Shown in pieces: positions 23,590 through 36,090 of a DNA stretch of 63,176 bases. Positions within the stretch are counted from its first letter, which is position 1. Each line of letters begins with the position of its first letter. The translations under genes were made by a program, and so were the position numbers. Origin of the DNA: Octopus bimaculoides (lineage: Eukaryota); NCBI RefSeq assembly GCF_001194135.2, contig NC_069000.1, positions 17,099,256 to 17,162,431 of the forward strand, written 5' to 3'. Below the pieces are notes generated by a model. That model saw nothing but the letters and a program-made list of their open reading frames with translations. It ran no database searches and was not told where the DNA came from.

Positions 23590-24790
23590 TGTCTTAACTG
23601 ATATTGCTGTTGCTGACTGTTACAGGATTCAGAATTTCTCAATCAAGCACAAACTACAATTTCCAGCCCCATTAGTGTAGGGGTAACCCTATTCACCATA
23701 TACCAGGTAGTTCCTTAGTTTCCCAAAATAATTGGGATAGAGTTATTTCTCTCTGATCAGAATGATTGTATATATCGGTTATATCGATTTTTAAAGCTAG
23801 TTTCCAGCTAGTCTCGTATCATTCATCCCGATGTAACAGCAGGTGTTGCAATTGCTCTATATATATCAGACTCTAAGAGCAGGACTATTCCCTGAGTAGG
23901 AAGTTTGAGGGGCTTTTACAAGTTTGTTGGGGTAGGGGCTGTCTGGATGAGCGTTTTAGATTAAGGTGAGAAATCTGGACAGTGGTGCCATTAGATGCAG
24001 TCTTTAACGTTATTGTACTGAAAAGTTTGTGGTATTTATACGTATTTGGGAAATGGCATTTTACTAGGGATAAACACTAATGTTGGTGACAATATTCATG
24101 TTGTATGGGGGATTGAATGAAATTATTTGCCTTTCTAAGGTTACTTCTGTTGTATGTCTGTGGTTTGTGGTAGTTTTTCATTAAAGCTATTTTTTGTATG
24201 CCATTATAACAGAGGTATCCTTGTCTAAAGATAGATTGGAAATTTCTAACATCTTCCACAACATCCTTAATTACAGGTGGAATGCAATGCTTGTTAATGA
24301 ATACAGTTTTAATTTGCTTTCTGTAAAAGCGATGTCTACCTCTGGTTAAATCTAGTATAATGTATAAAAAGAAAGCTATTGTTAGGTGTGTTACAATGGT
24401 CATATTTAAATTCAATTGAATTATTTGAATGTTTCAATTGGCGCTTTTCTAAATCTGTCATAGTGTTGTCGTTCATGTGGCATCTAATCATTAAACCGTC
24501 ATCTCCATACATTCTCTGGGACAATGAAGAATGAGGGTTAATTTCCTGAAGACGTTTTGGATGAGTAATCCAAAACCTGAACAGGTTAACACCCTATACA
24601 AGAAAGTAGGGTATAATTTAAGGGAAGTCTGCAGTTATTTCTAAAAAATCCAATGATCACATAGGGGGCCCATGTTGGTTGTGATAGTGTGAATAGTGTG
24701 GGGTGACTACAACGATGTGTAGTCATTGTCTTTACTGTGCATTCAATACATACAACTTCCCGTTCTCCCAAAATAAAATCAAACTTAGAA
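23590..24790 (-). mobile_element. Degenerate Naiad-type Penelope-like element (RT to GIY-YIG end)
   Basis: MYGDDGL (YRDDGL), LDLTRGRHRFYRK, NPPYNMNIVTNI, HFPNTYKYHKLF, YIGM..SFKNRY, YTNGAGNCSLCLIEKF. Confidence 0.8.
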
Positions 24791-24819
24791 AAAGACAAGA
24801 AAAAGCTTTGATATATATA

Positions 24820-25145
24820 GCAAGTGTGACATAGTATCTTCTGCTATAGCCTTGGGCTGACCGAAGCTTTGTGAGTGGGTTTGGTAGATGGAAACTGTAA
24901 AAGGCCTGTTGTATATGTATGTGTGTGTGAGTGTGTGTATGTTTTTGCGTCTTTGTTTGTCCCCCACCACCACTTAACAACCGGTGCTGGTATGTTTACG
25001 CCCCTGTAATATGGTGGTTCAGCAAAAGTATCAGGCTTTAAAGAAAAAAAAAAGAGAAAGTACTGGGGTCGATCCATTCTACTTCAAATTCCTTAAAGTG
25101 GTGCCCCAGCATGGTTGCAGTCTAATGACTGAAAGAAGTAAAAAG
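24820..25145 (+). mobile_element. SINE S1
   Basis: ctatagccttgggctgaccgaagctttgtgagtgg...gcagtctaatgactgaaagaagtaaaa. Confidence 0.85.
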
Positions 25146-28100
25146 GAAAAAAGATAAAATATACAATAAAATCAGAAGTGAAATAAAAACAACAAACATA
25201 AATACAAAAATACATTGTATATAAAAAAAGGCAATATATATTAAAAAAAATTACAAAGACGAAATAAGCAAGTTTTTTCCAGATGTTTTTGTTACAGATT
25301 TAATTTCTTTTTTTTTACTAAAAATTATTACAATACAGTTGTTATCACCATCGTTTATGTTAAAAAATATGATAAAAATAGTTATATTTAGGGATGGTAA
25401 TTTATTTATTTTTTCGTTTTGCCAAATAACCACAAGAACTATATACTTGTACTTCACTTCAGCTTTGATATAATTCCTATTTTAATGTCCTTTGTCTGAC
25501 ATCCTGTGTCTTCTTCAGTGACTCTTCATCACATATTCTGTGACTTCTTCAGTGACTCTCCATCACATATGTCTCCTGTTCTGTTTAGTCCATTAGAATG
25601 GACTCCAAAGGTTCTCAACGGGGNNNNNNNNNNNNNNNNNNNNNNNNNNNNNNNNNNNNNNNNNNNNNNNNNNNNNNNNNNNNNNNNNNNNNNNNNNNNN
25701 NNNNNNNNNNNNNNNNNNNNNNNNNNNNNNNNNNNNNNNNNNNNNNNNNNNNNNNNNNNNNNNNNNNNNNNNNNNNNNNNNNNNNNNNNNNNNNNNNNNN
25801 NNNNNNNNNNNNNNNNNNNNNNNNNNNNNNNNNNNNNNNNNNNNNNNNNNNNNNNNNNNNNNNNNNNNNNNNNNNNNNNNNNNNNNNNNNNNNNNNNNNN
25901 NNNNNNNNNNNNNNNNNNNNNNNNNNNNNNNNNNNNNNNNNNNNNNNNNNNNNNNNNNNNNNNNNNNNNNNNNNNNNNNNNNNNNNNNNNNNNNNNNNNN
26001 NNNNNNNNNNNNNNNNNNNNNNNNCTATGGTCAAAATAGATTGAGAACTTTTGAACTAAACAAAACAGAAATCCATTAAAATGGAATAAGCAGAACAGGA
26101 GGAGTCACATGGGATGGAGAGACATGTGGGATGAAGAGATCACAGGATGTGTGATAAAAGATTTCAGATGAAAGATACTAAAATAATAATAATAATAATG
26201 ATAATAATAATTCAACACTCAACTTCACATCAGGAATTTTGCAAAGCAAAATATAAATGTAAAAATAAAAATACAAATTCACAAAAATAAAATACTCTGT
26301 CTACCCACTCCCCGCCAATATTAAAAAGTAAAAGTTGGGGCAGCAATGTGTAAATATCAAATGGAATGCTTCTGTGGATGGAGGGAAGAAGGAGTGAATA
26401 AAGAAGCGGAATAACTGGACAGGCACACAGTCACTCAAATGTGCTCATCACATGAAAAAAAGAAAAAAAAAAGAATTAAAATAATAAAATATAAAAATTC
26501 AGAAATATGCACAAATGCAGCAAGGGTAAGCACATAAATGAATACAGGGTCTAGTGAACTAAAGGCTAACAGTAAAAAGAAAAAAAGGACAAATTTTTGC
26601 CCTTCTGTGTATCTTCATCTGTATAAGTAGATAGATAGGCAAACAGAGAGATGAAGAACAAATAGATCAATATACAATTAGATATACAACAAAAAAAAAA
26701 AAAAGAGGGGAAGGTCAGTTATAGAGCATCTTTCATGAAAAGTTTGCTTCATCAGGATTGACTTGGTGTAAAACAAAAATATACAAACACTATATATGTA
26801 CATATATAAATTGTTGATGTTGCAAGAATTCTATAAGCTTTCAAGAGAGCATGAATCCTTCTTTGGAAGATTTTGAAGCACACACATAAAGCTGTAAATA
26901 TTAATGTAAATATTTGCATTGGTATTATTTATAGCATTACGCATGTGTTTTGAGATATTTCAAATATATNNNNNNNNNNNNNNNNNNNNNNNNNNNNNNN
27001 NNNNNNNNNNNNNNNNNNNNNNNNNNNNNNNNNNNNNNNNNNNNNNNNNNNNNNNNNNNNNNNNNNNNNNNNNNNNNNNNNNNNNNNNNNNNNNNNNNNN
27101 NNNNNNNNNNNNNNNNNNNNNNNNNNNNNNNNNNNNNNNNNNNNNNNNNNNNNNNNNNNNNNNNNNNNNNNNNNNNNNNNNNNNNNNNNNNNNNNNNNNN
27201 NNNNNNNNNNNNNNNNNNNNNNNNNNNNNNNNNNNNNNNNNNNNNNNNNNNNNNNNNNNNNNNNNNNNNNNNNNNNNNNNNNNNNNNNNNNNNNNNNNNN
27301 NNNNNNNNNNNNNNNNNNNNNNNNNNNNNNNNNNNNNNNNNNNNNNNNNNNNNNNNNNNNNNNNNNNNNNNNNNNNNNNNNNNNNNNNNNNNNNNNNNNN
27401 NNNNNNNNNNNNNNNNNNNNNNNNNNNNNNNNNNNNNNNNNNNNNNNNNNNNNNNNNNNNNNNNNNNNNNNNNNNNNNNNNNNNNNNNNNNNNNNNNNNN
27501 NNNNNNNNNNNNNNNNNNNNNNNNNNNNNNNNNNNNNNNNNNNNNNNNNNNNNNNNNNNNNNNNNNNNNNNNNNNNNNNNNNNNNNNNNNNNNNNNNNNN
27601 NNNNNNNNNNNNNNNNNNNNNNNNNNNNNNNNNNNNNNNNNNNNNNNNNNNNNNNNNNNNNNNNNNNNNNNNNNNNNNNNNNNNNNNNNNNNNNNNNNNN
27701 NNNNNNNNNNNNNNNNNNNNNNNNNNNNNNNNNNNNNNNNNNNNNNNNNNNNNNNNNNNNNNNNNNNNNNNNNNNNNNNNNNNNNNNTATATATATATAT
27801 ATATATATCATAGATAGATAGATAGAGATTTAGATATATGTGTGGGTGTGTATATATGTGTTAATATATGTTTTACAACCATTTTCCCCATGCTCAAATA
27901 TGTAGAAAATATTTTTAACTACATTTGCTGTCACTAGATCTTATATGTGGATGATGCACTCACCTACCGCTAACTATTCAATCATGAACAAGGGAGCAGA
28001 ATAGGTTTCCATTTACAAGTATAGTCAATTGAAGTTCAGGAGTTCATGGCACATATATATATATATTTATATATCTGTCTACACATTTATGTATACATAG

Positions 28101-28817
28101 ACATATATGCTGCAAAGAATAAAGAAGAAACATGCCTCCAGGATATAATATTATATATAAGTGTATGCATAAAATTGAAGAGAATAGTGGCGTGTGAGCA
28201 TAATAAAATATATAACAAAATCATTTGAAAAAGTATGTTGCAATACAATAAAACTCAAAAAAATATTTCAAAAAGTGTCACTGGAATGATATGAAGTAAA
28301 TGAAAAACAATTATCAAAAAAAAAAAAAAATTTTTAATAAAAAATTTTTTTAAATAAAAAAGAATTAAAAAAAAAAAAATTTAAACAAAACTAAAAAAAA
28401 AATTTTAAATAATAAAGAAACAAATAGTGATTTCTACTCCTGCATTTTATCCAAGGGTTTCAGTCAATTACATAAACCCCAATACTTCACAGGTACTTAT
28501 TTTATCAATACTCAAAGGATGGAATTGTAAAGTTGACTTTAGTGGCATTTGAACAAGTGCAGTTACCTCGGTGGCATTCATTTTACTGCTCTTCTGGACC
28601 AGTCAATACAGATTCAAATAAAAATTAAACAATAATAGAAATTATAGAAAATACCGTCACCAAAAATTTTACTACTTTATTTTTTTTATCGTTTAAGATT
28701 TTTCTTTTAATATGAAAATAAAAACAAATTATGCTTGCATTTTATTTAGTGTATATTTACCAACTCTCTTTTTAATATTGATTGTGTGTGAATTTGTGTG
28801 CATACATATCCTTTAAT

Positions 28818-29205
28818 TCTTCTACTTGTTTCAGTCATTTGACTGTGGTCATGCTGGAGCACTGCCTTGAAGGGTTTTAATTGACCCCAAGACTTATTTT
28901 TTAAAGCCTAATACTTATTCTATCGGTCATTTTGCCGAACTGCTTAGTTACAGGGAAGTAAGCACATCAATACCAGTTGTCAAGTGGAGAGGGGGGGAGC
29001 AAATACAGACAAACACACACACACATACATATATACAACAGGCTTCTTTCAGTTTTCATCTACCAAATTCCCTCACAAGGCTTGGCTTTGGTTGGCCTGA
29101 GGCTATAATAGAAGACACTTGCCCAAGGTGCCACGCAGTGGGACTGAACCCAGAACCAAGTGGTTAGGAAACAAGCCTCTTACCACACAGCTATGCTTGC
29201 ACCTA
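28818..29205 (-). mobile_element. SINE S1, near full length
   Basis: Aligns along its length with 59766-60166. Confidence 0.9.
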
Positions 29206-29477
29206 TATATATATATATTGTAAAACTATTAGATTCTCAGAAATTGTATTGATATTAACATTATCACTTGTTTTTTTTTTATTTTGTAGATTCTTTTTCA
29301 TTTTCTTATTCATTACAAACTATGTACACACACACACACAAACACACATACACACACACATACACCCCCACACACATATATATATAGTTTACTTTTCTGT
29401 TAATGTAAGATCAACAAAAAAGTATTCCATCCAGTAAGAGATAAATATTATTTAATGTACACAGGATACAGTTATGA

Positions 29478-29663
29478 GCTACTAATAGTTTCATGCATTG
29501 GAAATGTAGTCTAGGCAAGTTTTAATAATATGCCTTGTTTCCCCAAGAGATCTTCAAGCTCTGAGCACATGGCCTGTGCAATTTACAAATTAAGATGCTA
29601 GCACAAGCAATGTTATTAAATCTTGCTTAGACTACATTTCTAATGTATGAAACTATTAGCAGC
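29478..29663. repeat. Inverted repeat, about 62-bp arms and 60-nt spacer
   Basis: gctactaatagtttcatgcattggaaatgtagtctaggcaag.. / ..cttgcttagactacatttctaatgtatgaaactattagcagc. Confidence 0.85.
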
Positions 29664-29730
29664 TTGTAACTGTACACTGTGTACACTAAATAATATATAT
29701 ACATATACACACATATATATTTGTATACCA

Positions 29731-29767
<37 letters not shown>

Positions 29768-30476
29768 TTGTAATATCTTCTGTTGATAACGTTAAAACAA
29801 TGTGTAAAGACTAAAAAACCATAATTTTAAATATGAAACCTCTGCAAGAAGTTGAAATCATTGATAGTGATACATTTGGTTAAAATATCAATGCTTGTAG
29901 CAGTATAATTAGTGGTAACTGTAGGAGTACATAGTATCAACAGTGGATTTTCTTTTAACCACTGAGCGGATTCAGTTTCTTGTTGTTTTTCCTTATTTTT
30001 ATTAACATTATTGATGATGCTATTATTCATGCTTCCGAAAATAAGAAATATTTGGCTACGGGTTTCAAATGAACTAATGTAGATGTGTGTGTGTATGTGT
30101 GTATCATGGATGTTGTTTCCACATGAAATTCAGCATTCTTGTTTTATAACATGTCAAGTTCTTTTTCGAAGTGTTAATGAAAAAAAGAAATATATATATA
30201 TATATANNNNNNNNNNNNNNNNNNNNNNNNNNNNNNNNNNNNNNNNNNNNNNNNNNNNNNNNNNAAAATCAATGCCAACAAAAAAAATTATAGCACCCCA
30301 TCCACAACTTCCATTTCATTTAAAGCATCATCAATAGATCAAATTTTGCAGAAGGATCAAAGACCCAAGAAGTCAAAGAAAAAAAAAAAAAGAATTGTCA
30401 ATGACATTTGTATGTTGTCAATCATTTATGATGACAGCTACTTTCTGAAGGATTATTACAGTAGTAGAAATCGGGA

Positions 30477-31352
30477 TTTCTAACCATAGGTGCAAGGCCA
30501 CACATTTTGTAGAAGCAAAAGTCATTTAGAATGACACAATTCTCACTATTACCTAATTGAAATTTATGTACAAGTTAACTTTTAGTCCAGAAGGATTAAT
30601 AGCTAATTTGGTCTGAGCAGGATTTGAAATCAGAATGCAAAGAAAGAGCACATTTTGTCTATTGCATTACCAATTCTGTTATCAACAGCAGTTCATACAA
30701 TACACTTTTGATGATGGGTGAAAATCTACAAAATTAGTATTGAAAATATGTGGACTAAGTTTAAAATTTCTTGGGTAGACAGACCTTTGAAAAGCCTGGG
30801 ATACTTGGAAGAATTTGTTTAAATAATGGTTTTGAATTCTGGCCAGCAAATTTAGGTGAAGTGGGTAAGTTGATTACATTGACAGGAACTTATTTTATCA
30901 ACTGCAAAACTATGAAAGGCAAAGTCAACCTCAGCAGAATTTCAATGCTTGGCATTGTACCTGACCTGTAAATGATTATGCAGCTTGCCATCTTTTAATT
31001 TGTTTAAATAATAAGGGTTCTTGAAGTGAAAAGGTTGGCAACCAATAATATAGCAAATTGGACATTGTGTTTTGAACCCCAGAGAACTAAGAGATAAAGG
31101 GACTTCAGTAGATATCACAAGGCATTTTGTCCTTAACTCTAATGATTCTGTTATCCACTGCTCAAAGCACAACAAATATGATAATGATTTCTTTCATTGG
31201 TACAGGGTCACAAATCTTTAGGAGAAGGCAGTGTCACATTTTAGTTGAGACCAAGTACATCAATAGCAGTTATTTTACTTAACCCATAGAAGTGAAAAGT
31301 GAAATAATTCCAGGTAGAATTGGAATTGAAAACATTGATTTTAACATCTGGC

Positions 31353-31383
<31 letters not shown>

Positions 31384-32107
31384 TGTTTCTAATACAGGTA
31401 CAAGGTCAGAAATTTTCGAGAAGAGGTTGATCAATTAAATCAACTTAAATACTTGATTGTTATTGTATTTTACTGACTTGAAAAAGAACGAAAGGCAAAA
31501 GTAACCTTGGTAGGAATTGAACTTAAACCATAAAAGACCATAAGTAAATATTGTCATTCATTTTGGCCAATACAGTTCTACCAATCCATCACTTTGAAAA
31601 TAATATTATTATTATAGAATCTTCAAGTAACAGCCATGTACTGGAGTCAATGTAACTGACCCACTCATGCCAAAATTGCTAGCCTTTGTGCCAAGATTTG
31701 AAAGAGTTATTATTATTACCATTACTATTATTATTTATAATAATTATACTAATAAAAATATATTCTTACATTAGAAAAGGCCTGAAAGTATTTTTTTTAG
31801 AGGGGAAGGAGATTAAACAATTTATATCAGATTTAGTATTTAACAAGTAAACTAGTTAAATACTAGTATTTTAAAGATCCTCAAAAGATGAAAGGCAAAA
31901 TTTGACCATTCCTGTTTATGTATGCATATCAGTAAATATGTATACATATGTATGTATAAATATGTGTGTGTGTGTGCAATTTCACAGAATTAAATTTTTT
32001 TCTTTTACAAATGAAAAAATAGAATAAATGATTCACTTCTTTGTATAAAAAGAATTACTACATGTGAAAAACAATATCCATTAAAATACATATATATGTG
32101 TGTATGA

Positions 32108-32197
<90 letters not shown>

Positions 32198-32785
32198 TTA
32201 AAGGATTATACATATTTTCTTATGTCATTAACCATTTCACACAGCAGAACCTGGTGCAAATTGCGAATCGTAGGTGCCGCCATCATATTCATCTGCTACA
32301 TTCATTACTGGGTTTGCTTTACCTTCTACGGTGTAGACGTCTTGATTGTTGAGTGGGCTGGCATTGGCTCGACCTGTTTGTTTTGTCTGGAAGTTAGAAA
32401 AGAAAAAGAAATAAAATCACACTAAAATCAGCTTAACAATCCTTTCTATTATATGCATAAGGCCTTAAATTTTGCAGAGAAAGGGGTTAGTCAATTACAT
32501 CAAACCCAAGACCCAACTGACCCAACCCCAAAAGACTGAAAGGAAAAGATAAATGTAACGCTGGAATAAATGTCACTAAGTATTTTGTCAGACATGCTTA
32601 TGATTCAATCCTTACACTAGCTAAATAAGGGTTTCAAATTTTGGCACAAGGCCAGCAGTTTTGAGGGAGGGGGCCAAGTTGATTACATCAACCCCGGTGC
32701 TCAATTGATACTTATTTTATTGACCCTGAAAGGATGAAAGGCAAAGTCAACCTTGGCAGAATTTGAACTCATAACATAAAAAGCA
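30477..32785 (-). mobile_element. Cluster of about 8 degenerate SINE S3 copies (7 minus; one plus-strand 3' end at 31625-31715)
   Basis: Repeated gaaagg.aaagtcaacct / acttattttat.gac / acaaggcc motifs at about 30477, 30827, 31185, 31383, 31770, 32440 and 32625. Confidence 0.7.
32237..32386 (-). CDS. Probable terminal coding exon; cadherin-87A/CDHR-like cytoplasmic tail
   Basis: Strong acceptor ttttcttttctaacttccag; 150 nt reading [59 protein letters not shown] resembles the ..VEG.NP motif of Cad87A-type tails; ends in S-A-V. Product call is tentative. Confidence 0.5.
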   Translation of the reverse strand, partial: TKQTGRANASPLNNQDVYTVEGKANPVMNVADEYDGGTYDSQFAPGSAV

Positions 32786-32789
32786 TTCA

Positions 32790-33045
32790 GTCCATACTGT
32801 AAAGTGGTTGGCATTTGGAAGGGCATCCAGCCATAAAAACCACACTGAAACTAACCTCAACCCTGCTGGTGCCACATAAAAAGTACTCAGTCAACTTTGC
32901 AGGGTGGTTTAGGAAGGGCATCCAGCTGTAAAAATCATGCCAAAACAGATACTGAAGTCTAGCACAGTCTTCTTTCAAGCCAGCTCCTGTCAAACTATCG
33001 AACTGATGCCAGTATGGAAGGCAGACATTAAATGGTTATGATGAT
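32790..33045 (+). mobile_element. RTE 3' UTR fragment with (GAT)n tail
   Basis: ggaagggcatccagc repeats; ..gatgccagtatggaaggcagacattaaatggttatgatgatg. Confidence 0.75.
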
Positions 33046-33161
33046 GAACATAGAGACACACAAAATTCCACTAAGCATCTTGCCTGGCATCTTTCATAAT
33101 TAATTGAACCCAAAGTAGTGTGTTTCAACACAGATATAGTAACAAAAGTACTTTATCAAAC

Positions 33162-33210
33162 CTGGAAAGGAAAAAGCAGATTCGGCTTCAGCAGTATCTG
33201 AATTCAGAAT
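33162..33210 (-). CDS. Candidate 49-nt penultimate exon
   Basis: ttacttgcattcctttag / ILNSDTAEAESAFSFP(G) / GTTTGA; joins in frame only to the alternative acceptor at 32373. Confidence 0.25.
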
Positions 33211-33340
33211 CTAAAGGAATGCAAGTAAAAATTGCAAGGGATTTTCTCCACTACTCAACGAAATTTGTTATTTCGACATGGTCAAATATTAAGCTATCAC
33301 TTTCAAAATTAAATAAGATATATATTTGCTTTTCTGTTAA

Positions 33341-33562
33341 TCCCTTCAATACCAATCCACCTGAAACCATCTCTGGCTCTGTATTACAAATGTCTGGTTG
33401 ACATGAGTTTTTAATTAAAATCTTCCATCAAACCTTAGTCACAATCTATGTTCCCAACACTAGCTTAATGATAACTAAGTTATTTTACTAAATTCTTTGT
33501 TATATTTAGAATTAATTGAAAGAAACACAAAACATCTCAAAATAAATATGGTAACAAAAGGG
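33341..33562 (+). mobile_element. piggyBac-type MITE (family P1)
   Basis: TTAA-(t)CCCTT...AAAAGGG-TTAA; aligns with 58581-58799. Confidence 0.75.
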
Positions 33563-34619
33563 TTAAAGGGTTAAATTTTTACAAGTTACTTTCTTAACAA
33601 TAAGAAATGCCATGTATCTATCCATTTTTCTATCATCACCATTGTTATCTCAATCTCTCGCTCAATACGCTAATAGCCTACACAACTCACAGAACATGGT
33701 TTACTTCAGTTTTTGGAATGCAATCGTTTCAGGAAATAAATGATTATTTTCTTACAACCATTTTAAAATCTATTTTAGTATTGAAAAATTTGTCAAGAAT
33801 GAAGAATGAGTAATTTCACAAAGTCAAAGAAGTGATGCAGTAGCAATGCATCTTTGTTTAAGTTACATCCCTTACTGTTCCATAACTTATTGGTCCCACA
33901 TATATCAAGATCAATAAGAAAACAGATTGAAATAGTGTTGGAGTTAATATAGTATAGTAAAAACAAATTTAAAAAAAAAAAAAGAAGCCAGCTCTTCCAT
34001 CTTCCCTCTCCCTTCAAAGAAGACAAATCAAAACCAGAAAAATATGTTAATTTCTCATGAGAAGAATTAACTCTCTGAGTTGCTTTCTCAGGAGAATATT
34101 TTCATCTAGTATCACACAAATAAACAAAATGCACACAAGAAATACACATACAATATATACATATATGTATCTATACAATTGTCTCATACAATATAATAAT
34201 GCATATATGAATATAATATAAGCCAGAGAGAAAGAGGGGGAGAGAGAAAATAACATGAAGATTAAGAAGAAGAATATTTGAGCAGTTGTTTAACCCTCAA
34301 GGCATAGCATGTAAATCATTCTCAAACCACACCCTGGCATCTAAAATAAAAGAGGACATAGTAAATAGTGATATACAAATAAGAGAGTAGTCATGGAGGG
34401 ATTGTCTTTGATCATGGAGGAATTAAGGCCAAACATCTTTATCACTAACAAGTGCCAATGAGAAAACTTGACTTGGCCACTCAGACAAGAAATAGCAGCC
34501 AAATAACATCAACTCATACCCTACTGTTTTAAATATAGGATACAATTAGACAATGCCCTGATAGATTAATGATCCTCCTGGCAAGTCATTCAAGAAAATT
34601 TTTTCTTTTGTGTGTTTTT

Positions 34620-36060
34620 CATGTTTATTGCTTCCTTGCATCTGCCACATCTTCCTGTGATACTAATGTACCTCTTATATATCCATACTTTGCACTGGGC
34701 ACACTATATGCTATTTCTACCTACACCTTTTATACATACCGAACATGACCATTTTTCTGAAAGGATTAGGGTACTTCCTGATTTCCTATTTACTATGACT
34801 TAGGTTTTTTTTCTAAGATAACTTTAAGACCCTATGGTTCCAAGTTTTGCTTCCAAACATGGAATTTCATATCTAATTCTACTACAATTTCAGTTATAAG
34901 AATAAAGTCATCAGCATAAAGGAGTTCCCATATGTAATTGGTTTTAAAATCTTCTGTTATGGCCAAGACAACAATGATAAATAAGATGGGACTGTGAGCT
35001 AAATCCTGGTAAACTATTATCTGCACACTAAATTCATCAATATACTTGTTAAAACTCACTTTACTGACAACACCCCTGTATATGGTTTGGACAGCCATTC
35101 ATCTATTCTTTGCTTCTGCAGCCATTCCTTTATTCTTTGTTTCTGCAGCAACCACCAGATCAGGGAGCAAGAGACTTTGTTACAGTTTCTCTACAAGTTG
35201 ACGAAAGCCATGTACATTGGTTTACTTTTGGTCAAATATTTCCCCTTACTAGGAAGAGAGCATCAGTAGAACTTCTCCCTGGCACAAAATCAAATTGCAT
35301 CTCATCTAGCCTAACTTTTTCCTAATTAATTGAGCTATAACTCTCCATAACCTGCATGGCTTGATTCAGCAACTTGATTCTTGTAAATACTCCACTCTAA
35401 GGTATCTCTATTACCCTTTGAAGCAATTCACTTTTATGCTACTACACCAATCACTGAGAATGGGACATTCCTGTACTACCTCATTAACTATATGGGTCAG
35501 ATGATTAGGCCAGATATATTAAACAACTCAGTTGTAATTCCCAATGGACCAGAGTTTTTTCCTGTCTTCATATTCTTAAGTACATTATTTATCATACTGC
35601 TGTCAACTAGAATGGCTGGTCCCTCTGTTGGGTTCATATTTGGAAGGCTTTCTTTCTTCCATGCATTCTCCACATTTAAGTAGCATTTCAAATGGAACTT
35701 CCATTTGTCTTTGTTTTCAGAGTCATTACGTGCAAGTGTATTATTATCTATCCATGCAAACCTCTCTTCCACAACAACTTGATTTTCTCTGATACACTGT
35801 TTTGCAATCCAGAATACCTCATGTCTCAGGTCATTATACTATAGAACATTGGCAAACCTTCTTTTTTGCTTCTCTCCTCACTAAATATACCTATTGCCTA
35901 CCTTCTCTTCAAGCTACCCAGTATAATTCTCTTCAACTCCCATTCTTCTATTCCTTCCAAGCTTATTATCACTTTGTTTTTATGGCTTTACATATTTCAC
36001 TGTTCCAGTATCATGTTACATTCAGTTTGGTACACAGATCTCTGGTTTGTGTACTCGCTA
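34620..36060 (-). mobile_element. Older RTE LINE fragment (pre-RT linker, RT, Cys-rich region)
   Basis: AWKE.KNG, NVENAWKKESLP..PTEGPA, MKTGKNSGPLGI, WELLYADD, CSVC.KGVGRNSI.CAQCK. Confidence 0.88.
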
Positions 36061-36090
36061 AATTGATAGGTAATCAGGTGACTGGCTGAT

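Noticed and set aside
25606-26051. Possible hAT MITE (caaaggttctcaa / ttgagaacttttg)
   Set aside because: The interior is almost all gap and no TSD is evident.
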